A stretch of 57,549 nucleotides of DNA, the filler included, from Rhizaria sp. SCN 62-66 (Eukaryota): assembly GCA_001724265.1 (NCBI GenBank). It is 2 parts of 2 records of this genome, joined end to end, with 100 filler letters (N's around TTAATTAATTAA, not from the genome) between each part and the next. Parts side by side here need not be neighbours in the genome. Positions count along the whole stretch, not along the records: positions 1 to 29,364 come from MEDY01000390.1; 1 more part is not named here. One strand, given 5' to 3'. The translations under genes were made by a program, and so were the position numbers. This document shows positions 13,101 to 25,176 of this stretch, in pieces. The first letter of the stretch is position 1; the number at the start of each line of letters is the position of its first letter. Below the pieces are notes generated by a model. The model ran no database searches and had not been told where the DNA came from. It saw only the letters and a list, made by a program, of their open reading frames with translations.

Positions 13101-16100
13101 GCTAATATCTTGTGCTTCTATGATTCATATTCTCTCCTATTTTCTTCGTTATTACTGACAGTCTGGAGCGCGCCCAGCAGCTCATCTCCCTGCTCTCGGG
13201 CGAGGAGGGCCGCTGGAGCAGCGACGCCGAGACCATGCAGCACTCGCTCGGCTTCCTTGTCGGCGACGCCTTCATCGCCTCGGCCTGCGTGTCGTACTAC
13301 GGTGCTTTCACAGGCGAGTACCGCGCCGCGCTCGTCACGCGCTGGTACGTCAAGTTCCAGTTTAAAATCACCCATTGTTTCATTAAATGTAATGTATCTC
13401 GACGAAATGAAATCAAATTGCAGTGAAACTTTACATCGCGCTTCATAATATCATTTTGCATCTATTTTCGAAATATATTATCACACTTTTTTTAATCTTC
13501 TTTGCTTTCTATCCTTGCCAAACAAACCGCAGGCTGTCGTCTGCCCGCGCCGCCGGCATCCCCGTCACGGAGACTTTCTCCCTGCGCGCGTGCCTGGGCA
13601 ACCCGGTAGACATCCGCCAGTGGAACATCAACGGCCTGCCAACCGACGACGTGTCGATTGACTCCGCCATTTGCACGCAGCATGCCCTGCGCTGGCCTCT
13701 GCTCGTCGACCCCCAGGGACAGGTACGCTTCCATCTCCTTAAGTCATTAAAACAAGCATATCTCAATCATATTACTCTATAGTAATATGAATTCGACTAT
13801 TTTAAACAAATATCTCACTTTTAATTCTGTTTTGTTTTGTTTTTACGTTTATTATCTCCCGCATTTCAGGCCAAGCGCTGGATCAAGACTGACCGCCGGT
13901 CGCGCCTGCAGGTGGCGCGGCTGACTGATCGCGACCTGATCAAGAAGCTCGAGCTATGCGTGCGCAACGGACTCACGCTGCTGATCGAGGACATCGGCGA
14001 GACTGTCGACGCCGTGCTCGACTGCATTCTGTACAAGCAGACGTTCGTGCACGGCGGCCGCACGCTGATCCGCATCGGCGAGAGCGACGTCGAGTATGAC
14101 CCCCGTTTCCAGCTGTTCCTCTCCACGAAGTTGCCGAACCCGCACTACCTGCCCGAGGTGTGCATCAAGGTGACGGTGCTGAACTTCACTGTGACGCGCG
14201 AAGGACTGGCGGACCAGCTGCTGGGCGAGGTCGTCAAGAAGGAGCGCGCCGACGTCGAGGGCAAGAAGAACCGCCTTGTGGTGTCGATGGCGCACGACCG
14301 CAAGGAGCTTGCCAACATCGAGGAGCGCATTCTCACTATGCTGCAGGAGTCGCAGACGCTGATTCTGGATGACATCGACCTGATCCAAACGCTCAAGGAG
14401 TCCAAGGTGACGTCGCAGGTGATCACGGACCGTGTGAAGCAGGCCGCCGAGACGCAGCGTGATATCGAGGACATCCGTAACAAGTATGTTCCCGTGGCCA
14501 CGCGCGGCTCGATTCTCTACTTCGTCATTTCCGACCTGGCCAGCATCGACCCCATGTACCAATACTCGCTCGAGTTCTTCGTCCGCTTCTTCAACATGTG
14601 CATCGATTCTGCCCCCGTGTCCACCGCGCTCGACGCGCGGCTCGAGGCCCTGCTGGCGACCATCACGACGTCCTTCTTCAACAACATCTGCCGCGGGCTG
14701 TTCGAGCGCCACAAGCAGCTCTTCGCCTTCTCGCTTATGTGCGGCATCCTGCGCCAGTCGGGCCACGTCGCCAACAGCGAGTGGGTGCTGCTGCTGCGCG
14801 GGCCCGCTCAGGACGCGCTCACCGCGCCCGGCAGCGGCCAGGCGCCGCCCGAGAGCCCGTTCCCGCCCGCGCTGGTGTCGACCGAGGCGTGGCACAACCT
14901 GCTCCGCACCGAGGCGCAGTTGCCGCACCTCTTCAGCGGGCTCGCGGCGCACATGGTGGCCAACGCGGCGACGTGGGTCGACTGGGTCAGCGCGGCCGCC
15001 GTCGCCGACACGGCCCCGCCCGCGCCCTACGACCGCGTGTCCCCCTTCGGCCGGCTCATCTTGGTCAAGTCGCTGCGGCTTGACCAAGTGCGCGCAGCCG
15101 TGCGGTCCTTCATCGGCAGCTACCCGTTCGGCAAGCCCCTTGTGAGCACGCCACACACGTCCGTCACGGACGCGTACAACGACTCGGACTGCCGCACGCC
15201 GATCGTCTTCGTGCTGTCGACGGGCGCCGACCCCACGGGGCTGCTGCACAGGCTCGCGCGCGACTTGGACATGGCTGAGCGGCTCAACACCATCTCGCTG
15301 GGCCAGGGCCAGGGCGACAACGCGCGGCGCATGGTCGAGGCTGCGATGCGCAACGGCGAGTGGGTCATGCTGCAGAACTGCCACCTCGCGCAGTCATGGA
15401 TGCCAGAGCTCGAGGCGCTCGTCGAGGCCATGGACGGCGACGCCGGCGCTGGCGGCAGCGGCGGCGCGGGCGGTGTGGACTCTAACTCCAACAGCGTCAC
15501 AGCCAGCGCCAGCAGCGCTACTGCCGCCGCCACCACCTCGGGCGCTGGCTCTGTCAGCGGCGGTGGAGGCGGCGTGACCAAGGTGCACAGTAAGTTCCGC
15601 CTGTGGCTCACTTCGATGCCCTCGGAGCATTTCCCCGTGTCGGTGCTCCAGCGCGGACTCAAGTTCACCAACGAGCCCCCGCAGGGCATTCGCGCTAATC
15701 TGCTCCGCACCTACAGCAACCTCCTCACGCCAGAGGACGTCGAGCGCCAGGTACGCTTTGGGAACATATATATGGATTGAATTGATTTTAGTGTTTCTTT
15801 AATGCCATTCACATATATTTCCACGTCCAAATGAATTTCTTACCATATTTATCTCTTTTCGCTTATTTTTGTTTTGTTTGTATTCACTCCCTCGCAGTCG
15901 AAGCAGCCGGGCGCGTGGCAGAAGTTCGTCTTCGGCTTGTCGTTCTTCCACTCGGTGATCCAGGAGCGCAAGAAGTTCGGTCCCCTCGGCTGGAACAAGA
16001 CGTACGAGTTCAACGACAGCGACCTGGAGACCTCGCTGACGGTGCTGCGGATGGCGCTGGACGAGCACGAGGCGATCCCGTGGGACGCGCTGCGCTTCAT

Positions 16101-17556
16101 CACCGGGCAGATCTCCTACGGCGGCCGCGTCACGGACGACTGGGACCGCCGCTGTCTGATGGCCATTCTTAACAAGTACTACTCGCCCGACATCCTCAAC
16201 GACGAGTACCGCTTCTCGCCCTCGGGGACCTACTTCGCGCCGCCTTCCTTCACCCACAGCCCTGCCGCCGCCGCCGCCGCCGCCGCGCGCGCTGCCGCCG
16301 CGTCCGTCGACGGCTCTGTGCCCGCCGCGGCGGGCGCGGGCCCCCACGCGGCGACGCTGAGCGACTACCTGGACTACATCCAGGCGCTTCCGGCGCAAGA
16401 TGACCCCGAGGTGTTCGGCATGCACGAGAACGCCAACATCGCGTACCTGAACCAGGAGGGCGAGGCGATGCTCTCGACGCTGCTGTCGATGCAGCCGCGC
16501 GACCTCGAGTCGAGCTCGGGCCGTACCAGCGATGATATCGTGGCCGATCTGGCGCAGGAGATCGAGGCCAAGCTGCCCGCGCTGCTCGACCGCCGCGAGG
16601 CGGGCCCCACGACGTTCCCTGCGCTCGACGGCGACGACGGCAACGGCAACGGGGACGATGGCACTGGCGCGGGCAACGGTGACGACGACGACGATGACGA
16701 CGGGTTCGACCCCGATAACCCGTCCGCGGCGATCGAGTACGACGCCGAAGGTGCTATTATCAAGCGCAAGAAGGTGGTGACGGACGACATGCTGGCCGCG
16801 TCGGTCGACTCGATGGCCGAGTTCCTCAAGCAGGAGATCGACCGGTTCAACCGCCTGCTGACCACGGTCAAGACCTCGCTGGTCGACCTGCAGCGTGCCA
16901 TCAAGGGCCAGGTTGTCATGTCGCAGGACCTGGACCTCATGTACGGCTCGCTGCTCAACAACAAGGTCCCCGAGCTCTGGTCCCGCGTAGCGCCGCCGTC
17001 GCTCAAGCACCTCGCGGCCTGGGTCGTCGACCTGCACCTGCGCATCGCGTCGGTGCGCGACTGGTTGCGCAACGGCAAGCCCGCGTCCTTCTGGCTCTCG
17101 GGCTTCTTCTTCCTCCAGGGCTTCATGACGGGCGTGCTGCAGACGCACGCGCGCCGCTACCGCATCCCCATCGACACCATCGCCTTCTCCTACAAGGTCA
17201 CCACGGTGCGCGACCCGGCCGAGGTGCGTTTCCCGGCCGAGGACGGCATCTACATTCACGGGCTCTTCACCACGGGCGCGTCCTGGTCCGACGACGAGCA
17301 GTGCCTGGTCGACTCCCCGGTCGGCGAGCTCATCTCCCCGCTGCCCGTCGTGCACTTCCTGCCCCGCGAGAACTACACTCGCGCCGAGAGCGACTACGCG
17401 TGCCCCGTGTACAAGACGGCCGTGCGCGCGGGCGTGCTGTCGACCACGGGCCAGTCGACCAACTTCGTCGTCGACGTTCACCTGCCGTCCAAGCAGGACC
17501 CTACGTACTGGGTCCTCAAGGGCGTCGCCATCCTCTGTCAGCCCGACTCAGCATAA
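1157..17556 (+). CDS. Axonemal inner-arm (single-headed) dynein heavy chain, DNAH6-like, about 4690 aa, 15 exons
   Basis: Exons 1157-2011, 2175-3893, 4065-4292, 4482-5642, 5820-6276, 6448-7400, 7572-7765, 7939-8143, 8283-9035, 9186-11810, 11994-13009, 13162-13344, 13533-13722, 13870-15750, 15898-17556 join in frame through GT..AG introns (14079 nt). Motifs: [12 protein letters not shown] linker, AAA1 [30 protein letters not shown]2 [17 protein letters not shown]3 [11 protein letters not shown]4 GVGGSGKQ, stalk coiled coil, [17 protein letters not shown], terminal [11 protein letters not shown]. The short tail with [18 protein letters not shown] resembles the DNAH6 group. The start codon is the least certain part. 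Confidence 0.95.
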
Positions 17557-18062
17557 GCAGCGAAGAGGGCCGAAGCAAAGAGAGATGAGCTGAGCTGAGC
17601 GGATTTAGTTCAGTCGCATTTTGACAAAAAACGTATCAAGAAAGTATTTTGAAGTATTTTTTAGAAAGAAGAGATAATAATGATGTGTACGCTGCACAAT
17701 AGAGCAGCTTTATAAGAGAGTATCATACAGACATTCATTTGATTACTGTTTCAGCTTAAAAAGTTCCATGGTAGAGAGCTATTTGAAGTGACTCACTAGT
17801 CACGATTGAATGAAACTTGTACACGTACAAGCACCGTGTCACACAGGGGCGTAAGGGCGTAAGTAAGAACATTCATTTCTGTCATAGTCAACAACTGCTG
17901 TGAGTTGTAACATTGCTTTGTCTGGAAGTGCAGAAGATGTCTTATGAACACATTGTTGTGTATTATACAAATATTTATTATTTATATCTTTTATGCTTTA
18001 TCCTATTATTTGCCAATCACTTGACTATGTCTCACTCTCATCGAGAGTTGACATCACCTCGT

Positions 18063-18101
18063 CTTCTAAGAAAGACTTCTAAGAAAGACTTCTAAGAAAG
18101 A
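18063..18101. repeat. Perfect tandem repeat, 3 x 13 bp (CTTCTAAGAAAGA), just downstream of the eIF3e stop
   Basis: Read directly: copies at 18063, 18076 and 18089. Confidence 0.9.
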
Positions 18102-18175
18102 CTAAGGATTCTTCTTGAGTTCCTCTTCAGCACCTAGGTCCACTTCGCTTTGCTTCCGCACAGGCGGCGCGTCCC

Positions 18176-19926
18176 TTAGTTGTCCTTGCCGGCGCCGCTC
18201 TTCTTTTGCATCGCGGTGATCATCCCGTTAGTTTTGTTGATCACACCCCGGGCCCGGTCCATGACCTGCTGGTGCACGGACCCGCAGCGTGAGATCGCCG
18301 GAGAGACCATCGCCACAGGCATCTCGGCGCCCGCGGCGGCGCCACCGGCAACGGCGGGCGCGCCGGAGGAGCCGGCGGCGAGCAGGGACGCGTTGGACGA
18401 CACGGCGGGCTCAACCTCAGCAGACGCGAGAGTGGCAGCGGCGTCAGTGGCAGCGGCGCCGGCGGCGGCCCCGGCGGCGGCGGCGGCGGGGGGCACGATG
18501 TCGGTGAGGCCGAGCGACTCGAGCAGCGCGGCAACCTCGACGGTGGAGGTCGTGCGCGCGGCCGTGTCGAGCAGCAGCGCGCGCGCGGCGGTGAAGAACT
18601 CGCGCTGCACGGCGCTGTGGTGCAGGTGGAAGTCGTTGGGGAAGACCACGTCGCGGCACGACTTGAGCGCGGCGGCGGCGGCCGAGAGGTTGAAGTCGAC
18701 AAAGAGCGCGCGCAGAAAGCCCACGACGGGGTCGTTGACGACAACAGAGGACGAGGACGCGGCCTCGGAGTCGATGACGCGGGTCAGCTCGCGCAGAGTG
18801 GGGGAGCGGCGCAGCAGACCAGACTGGCCGAGGATGCCAGTGACGGGCTGCTTGGCGGCGCTGACGGCGGCAACGCAGACGTAGCGCAGCAGCCAGGGCG
18901 CGACGAGCAGCATCGCGCCGTAGTACTTGCCCTCGTGCGACGACTGCGGGAAAGCGCAGTCGACGAAGAGCGTGCGGCCGGCCGGGGACGTGAAGGCCAG
19001 GAAGACGGCCCAGTGCAGGAACCAGGCGCGGTGCTGCACCTGCTGCGAAAGGGGCGTCTTGCCCGTGCTCGCGCGCGCCTCGATCGCCTCGCGCAGCGCG
19101 CGCGCGTCCTCGACCGCGGCGGCCCAGTCCTGGGCGTCGGTCGCCATCACGATCTCGGCCGCCAGCTTGCCCCAGAGCGCGTTGAACACGAGCTCCTCGT
19201 CGGCCGAGAGGAGACGGAAGCCGTGGAGGTAGTCGGCGGCGTCGGCGTACTGGCCGGCGGCGAAGCACGACTGCGCGTAGTGGTACAGAGCCTGTTAAAG
19301 AAAGCGCAAACGAAATGGGCGAAAGGGTCAAGATGGTTAAGTTAGAGATTGAACGCAAAAGATTACATCACGGAATAAAAAAATAGGTTTTGCGTATAAC
19401 AAGGCAATATATACACATGACATCACACGTCTACACGTTGGTGTTAACTCAGGCGGAATATCGCCGATGAAGTGAGTGTTGCATAGAACGAGAGTGAGTG
19501 AGAGAGTGAGTGACGTACCTCGACGTGGGTGCGGGTGATCTTGTGCTTGGCAGCGAGGGTCTCGAAGTTGAAGTCGAAGGAGCCGCCGCGGGTGGCCGAG
19601 AGGTTGGCGTTGGTGACAGCGTCGACGAGAGGTCCGCAGGCCTCCTTGCGGGCAGTCATCTCGGCGATGACCTTAGAGCGCTTCTCCGTGAGCTGCGCGG
19701 TGGCCGAGTCCAGCGTCGCGGCGGCCGCAGCGTCGAGCTTGGCGTACTCCTTGAGCTGGGCGAGGGCCGTGTCAACCATGTTGGTGTTGGAGTAGACTTC
19801 GTACTTGGCCTTGAGCAGCGTGGCGGGCGAGTAGATGGCGCGGGTGGACAGGAAGTCGAGGAGCAGGGTCACCATGTGGCGGTCCAGCCACGGGATGGTG
19901 GAGAAAGAGAGGTCGAACTGAGACAT
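18176..19926 (-). CDS. EIF3E: Eukaryotic translation initiation factor 3 subunit E (INT6), 2 exons
   Basis: Exons 19926-19519 and 19291-18176. Motifs: FDLS..IPWLDRHMVTLLLDFL, TNMVD, LYHYAQSCFAAGQYADAADYL, ALWGKLAAEI, QHRAWFLHWAVF, PWLLRY, and a C-terminal helix SVHQQVMDRA. Confidence 0.93.
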
Positions 19927-21986
19927 GAGGACGGCCCGAGTTGCTAGAAGCGCGTCGTAAATACCGGTGTTATGGTTACAAAGCGGTTATGGATTGCGAG
20001 AGGGTAGGGGAGCGAGGGAAGATGAAGTTGACGATGGTGAGGATGGAGTAGCGCGAAGATGGGAGTCGTAAAATGCAATATGAAGAAACCGTCATATGAG
20101 GATGAAAATGGTGTCATTTGGAGATATGTAAGCTCTAGATATATACGAAATATTGTTTAGTTCGGTAACTCTTAGTTGGCGGTCGGTAGGGTGGCGAATG
20201 TGGTAGCCAGACCCAGAAAGCAAAGTGACTGTGAGCAGACAGTGTGCGCACTACGCGGTCAAGCAATAGCCGCTCGCAATCAGCACCAGGTAACCCATCA
20301 ATAACTTTCAAGTAATGTTCCGCCACGGAACTATATCGACGTTGATCAACACTTGCCCATATGGAGATCCTGACCCGAACGGCACTCGCGAACACGGCGG
20401 CCTTCGCCCGGGCTTGGGGTAAGTGGCGGCCGACTGGGGACTAGCAAGTCACTTGCTGCCTTCAGAATGCAAACTGGCTAGAGGTCATAACTCCGTTGGC
20501 TGCGAGTCTGGCTCTGCTGTATGACTCTCCTTGGTGTGTAGATTTTAGTTTGATTTATCGATTTTGCGTTCGCTGCTGTTTGTACGATCTATGACGATGG
20601 GGCTCGAGTCACTTGGAAGCTATGGGACGCGGTTCGATTTGCTCATGCTGCGCGGGGTATATGGTGATGTTTGTGGGATCAGGGCAGCCTTGTCTATACG
20701 TTAGCTAACATTATCTTTTTTATCCAGAGATCTATGGAACTGGTATCTGTTCTGTCCTTCTTGTGTGCGTCTGAAAGGTCCCTTGTCGACGCTGATGCTG
20801 TTGCTATCGTTGCCTTCCCAACAACACTCGCAAGGTAAACCAACACTTGTGGATGCGCTAACATGATATCATACAGGCACATTTGTTTCGTTTATGGTTC
20901 GTCACGGGTAACTGTGTCTGAAGCTGTCTTAGCTCTCAAGCTGGCGCTGAATAACTAGGCGTCACGGCCCCATGAGGGTGAGGAATGTCTTAGCATTAAA
21001 ATGAATGTATTTTAGGATATTAGTTTGCATTGTATCCTTTAGCACCTTAGCCAGTGTGCTTACTGTTATCACATCCTTCCAGCGAATGCGATAGTGCAAG
21101 CTATTTGATGGAGAACACTCGTTTGTAAACAGGATTCATGGGTGGCACTCGTCGCTTGTGAACCGGATTTGGAACTGATTTTGAATATAAGCATCGCAGA
21201 GAATACACCAGTATGTGGTGATGGAATATGGTTTCATGGTTGGGGCTTATAATGTGTTCAGCTGATCTGCGATCTGCGATGTTGCCAACCGCCCGGCCCA
21301 AGCCACTCGCTCAGCTCAGCTCAGCTCAGTCCTCTACTGAAGGCTGCAATGAGTAACAATCTGAGTAACAATGCCGGCAATATGCCTGCTTTTAACTTCT
21401 TCGTATCAATAAGGCTGCCAGTTTGTGTGCATTGCATTTCTGGCTTTGCCAAGGTGACATGACTCTTACTGGTGCAGAGTAACTAGGGTAACGGCTACAT
21501 GCACTCAACAATTTTACACTCGATATATCTCGGTAAAGCATCAGATCCAGGATTACAACAGGATGTATTAATATCATCATTAAACTTACTAAATGATACT
21601 GCGAGTTCACATCAATCTGTGTCAGTGGCAGACTTTGGCAACTTGAAGAAGATCCTGTGTGATTCCTGCAAGGCAAAACGTGACTTGTGGTGCCGACATT
21701 CAAAGCAAGGTATCTACTTAAAAAAAAAGGGTACACGTGCGGCACGGGCTATAAATAATGGATCTCAAATTTCTCTCTTTGAATTCACCGCTAAACACAC
21801 TTGAAGATGAGTTTACGGCGCAAGATATGTTGTCAAAGATAGGGCGCCAAGCGAAAAGGACTGTGCTGGCATTGAACGAGCGAGAGGGATGCGATTGAAC
21901 GGGGGCGGGAGTGCGGCGCTGATCTCACTTGCATAGCGCCTTGTAGCAATTGCTGACGCATACTTTCGCATCATAAACCACTGATT

Positions 21987-24062
21987 ATGACGAAGTTTTC
22001 GCTTATTCTCGCGGCATTCGCCGCCGTGGTTGTGTCTTCGCTGCTGGGCTATGTCTCCGCGGCCGAGGAGGCCACCGCCCTGGAGCCGCTGACGGACGCG
22101 GCCTACTCCTCGCTCTTCTCCGAATTCAAGGAGAAGTTCCCGCGCACTTACGCCAACGCCTCCGAGGAGGCCACGCGTCTGAAGAACTTTAAGGTGAACA
22201 TCGACTTCATCCGTGAGCACAACAACGACAAGAGCCAGACGTTCACGGTCGGCATGAACCAGTTCGGCGACCTTACTCTCGAAGAGTGGAACAAGAGCTA
22301 CAAGGGCTTCAACATCCCCAAGGACTACAAGCTGACGCGCCCCCCGCCTGCCGACTTTGAGAAGGTCGACGTACGTATCTCTATTCGCATACAGTGTATC
22401 GCTTGCTCTTAATGTGCATTTCTTGATTCAGTGACCGACTTCCGCAGCCATTGCGATCTTGCTTCCTTCAACACTGTAAACACATGCTCACGCAATATAA
22501 CTCTCCGTCTTTGTTTATCCGTTCCTTTTAGATTGCCGACTCGGTCGACTGGCGCACTGCGGGCGTCGTTGGCCCCATCCACAACCAAGGTTTGTGCCCT
22601 GCATCTTCCCTCTCTGTGCAACTTGAAAACGTTTTATAGCTCCTTGCAGTCAAGCCGTACTGGTACCACATGACTTGATATCGACTTGAGGAGAGCTTGT
22701 CACTAACATTCGTATAAGTCAACGCGATACGCCTTCAAATTGCATTGCTTTTTGTGGTCGCATCTCGCTTGTCACTTCACTCACTTAAACTCATCCCAAC
22801 TTCCTCTTTGCACTTTCTCTCATTGCCCACTCTGCTCTCGCTTCACAACCCACGATGCCAGGCTCCTGCGGCAGCTGCTGGGCGTGGTCCACGCTTGCTA
22901 CTGTTGAGTCCGCGTGGGCGATTGCGCGCGGTGAGCTGCACGAGCTGGCCCCGCAGCAGCTCGTCGACTGCAACCGCCGCAACCAGGTACGTGTTTAAGA
23001 CCGCTAAAACAATAATATATTAACAATAATGACTATTCCTAAGCTGAAATTTGTACATAGTGCGTATCACACATGTTTATAGCTTTCAACCGAGTTTAGT
23101 CCTGAGAAATTATATATACGCTTGTTTTAACTCCATTGTGTCACTATTGCTTGACTCACTTTCTGACTTGCACGATGCCACTGACTGCAACACAGGGCTG
23201 CTCGGGCGGCTTCATGGTAACGGCAATGGAGTACATCATTGCCAACAACGGCGTGTGCTCGGCCGCCTCGTACCCCTACACGGGCCGCCAGTCCCGGTGC
23301 CAGAAGTGCGACCCCGTGGTGGGCATCTCCTCCTACGTCGACCTCAAGGGGCTCGGCGAGACCGGGCTGCTCAAGGGCCTTAATCTCGGGCCCGTCGCCG
23401 TCGCCGTCCAGTCCAACTCGCGCGGGTTTATGTTCTACAAGAAGGGCATCATCAACGGGAGCTGCGGCCGCAGTCTCGACCACGCGATCGCAGCCGTCGG
23501 GTACTCGGCTGACCCTGAGATCCTGGACAAGGACGGCAAGCCCACGCCGTACGTTCCCGGAGTTTTGACGCATCTCTCTCTCCAGTCTCTGTGATATTCA
23601 CGCGGTTGGCGCTCCATACTTGCATTCACATCTGGTTTTTCTCTATTCTTGCATTTTCGCTTTGTTTTTGGGCTCATGTAGATATTACACCATCAAGAAC
23701 TCGTGGGGCACCTCGTGGGTACGTGTGATTGCGTGCATTGTAGCTTTTAATTGAAATGTATTACAAACGAAACCGACTAGACGTGTGTGTATTCTATATA
23801 TATGAGCTAACTGAAAATGGTTGGTAGCACTGCCCATTAAACGAGAGTGAACTCACCTAGACATGTACACATTATATACTTCTATGACACTGACTGTAAA
23901 CTGCTGGTCGTAAACTTTTGACTGCGCCTGCTACTGCGACGCGTTCACCTGACTGTCCAGGGCGAGGACGGCTACGTGCGCATCATCCGCGGCAAGAACA
24001 TGTGCGGCGTGGCCGACATGGCGAGCTTCCCCGTCGTCAAGGGCCTCGGCCTCTCGACGTAA
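21987..24062 (+). CDS. Papain-family (C1A) cathepsin L-like cysteine protease with signal peptide and I29 prodomain, 6 exons
   Basis: Exons 21987-22370, 22532-22589, 22862-22986, 23196-23548, 23682-23718, 23961-24062. ERFNIN-like (E..R..NF..N..FI..HN) and GMNQFGDLT prodomain motifs; SVDWR; catalytic [18 protein letters not shown] and [14 protein letters not shown]. Confidence 0.95.
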
Positions 24063-24770
24063 AAGTCAAGCCGCGTAACACGTGACTATGTGTGATTCGC
24101 GGTCACCCACGTCACGTCGCTCATGGTCACTCGTAACACACGCACGCAATTGATACGATAACAAATAAGAGCACTAATAGACGTCATATGTAACATTTGA
24201 ACACGCAACAGCAATAGCACACACGCACGGCCAGCGGTTACAGCGCTCCCCGCTGGCGTGAGATGGAAGTATTCTTCGTATGGCGAATTTTTTGCAATAG
24301 ATGTAACAGGGCGGGGGATGTAAACAATATAATACGAAGTTCTACCTCATGTTTGACTTCATACACAAAATTATGTACTTTGTACTCGGATGCATAAGCG
24401 TTGGTTTTCTGAGATATTCGCATCTCACATATGAAATGAAAAAGAGAATTTAAGAATGCTTGTATTAATCACCACGTAAATAATCCAGATACATTGACAA
24501 TGTTTTGTTTTTACCGCATAACGTGTCATTCCAGTGGCGGGCATTTGGTCAGGGTGCTTAGGTGTTGCAAGCTGCCTGAATTGCGCTTAAGTGAAAGGAA
24601 ACGAAAAATTGAGTTCATTTTCTAAAAACAATGTGATTATGTATGAATTTATAGTTGCTTGATACTACTCTTGCTTTTCTAGTACCTTATAACACTGGCC
24701 GTTAACAACGCAATGTTCAATAGTCTCTCATACAGTCGCTTCCAATTATCACAGTCACTCGCCCAACGAC

Positions 24771-25143
24771 TCACGCACGCTTCTTGCCCGCAACTGCCTT
24801 CGCAGCCGACTTGACCACAGCAGCAGCAGCGGCCTTCACAGGAGCAGCCTTACCCTTGCCCTTGGCCTGACGCTTCTTCTCCTCGATCTCGGACTCAGAA
24901 GACTCAGCATCAGCAGAGTCATCGTCGTCGTCGTCATCACTGTCGGTGCCGCTGCCGCTCACAGTCTCCTCAGTGTCACTGACGTCAGAGAAGGCAACAT
25001 TGCCGCCCAAATCCTCCACAGAGACAGAGAGAGAGGAAGCCTTATTAGAGGCGGATGTGGCAGGCCGGGCGCGCTTGGACGCAGGAGCAACATCGCTGTC
25101 ATCTCTGTCGCTGCCACTCTCACTCGCATCAGCCTCATCTTCT

Positions 25144-25176
<33 letters not shown>

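Noticed and set aside
18063-18101. Direct repeats as a CRISPR-like array
   Set aside because: The 13-bp units are head-to-tail without spacers in a eukaryotic 3' region; this is a simple minisatellite.
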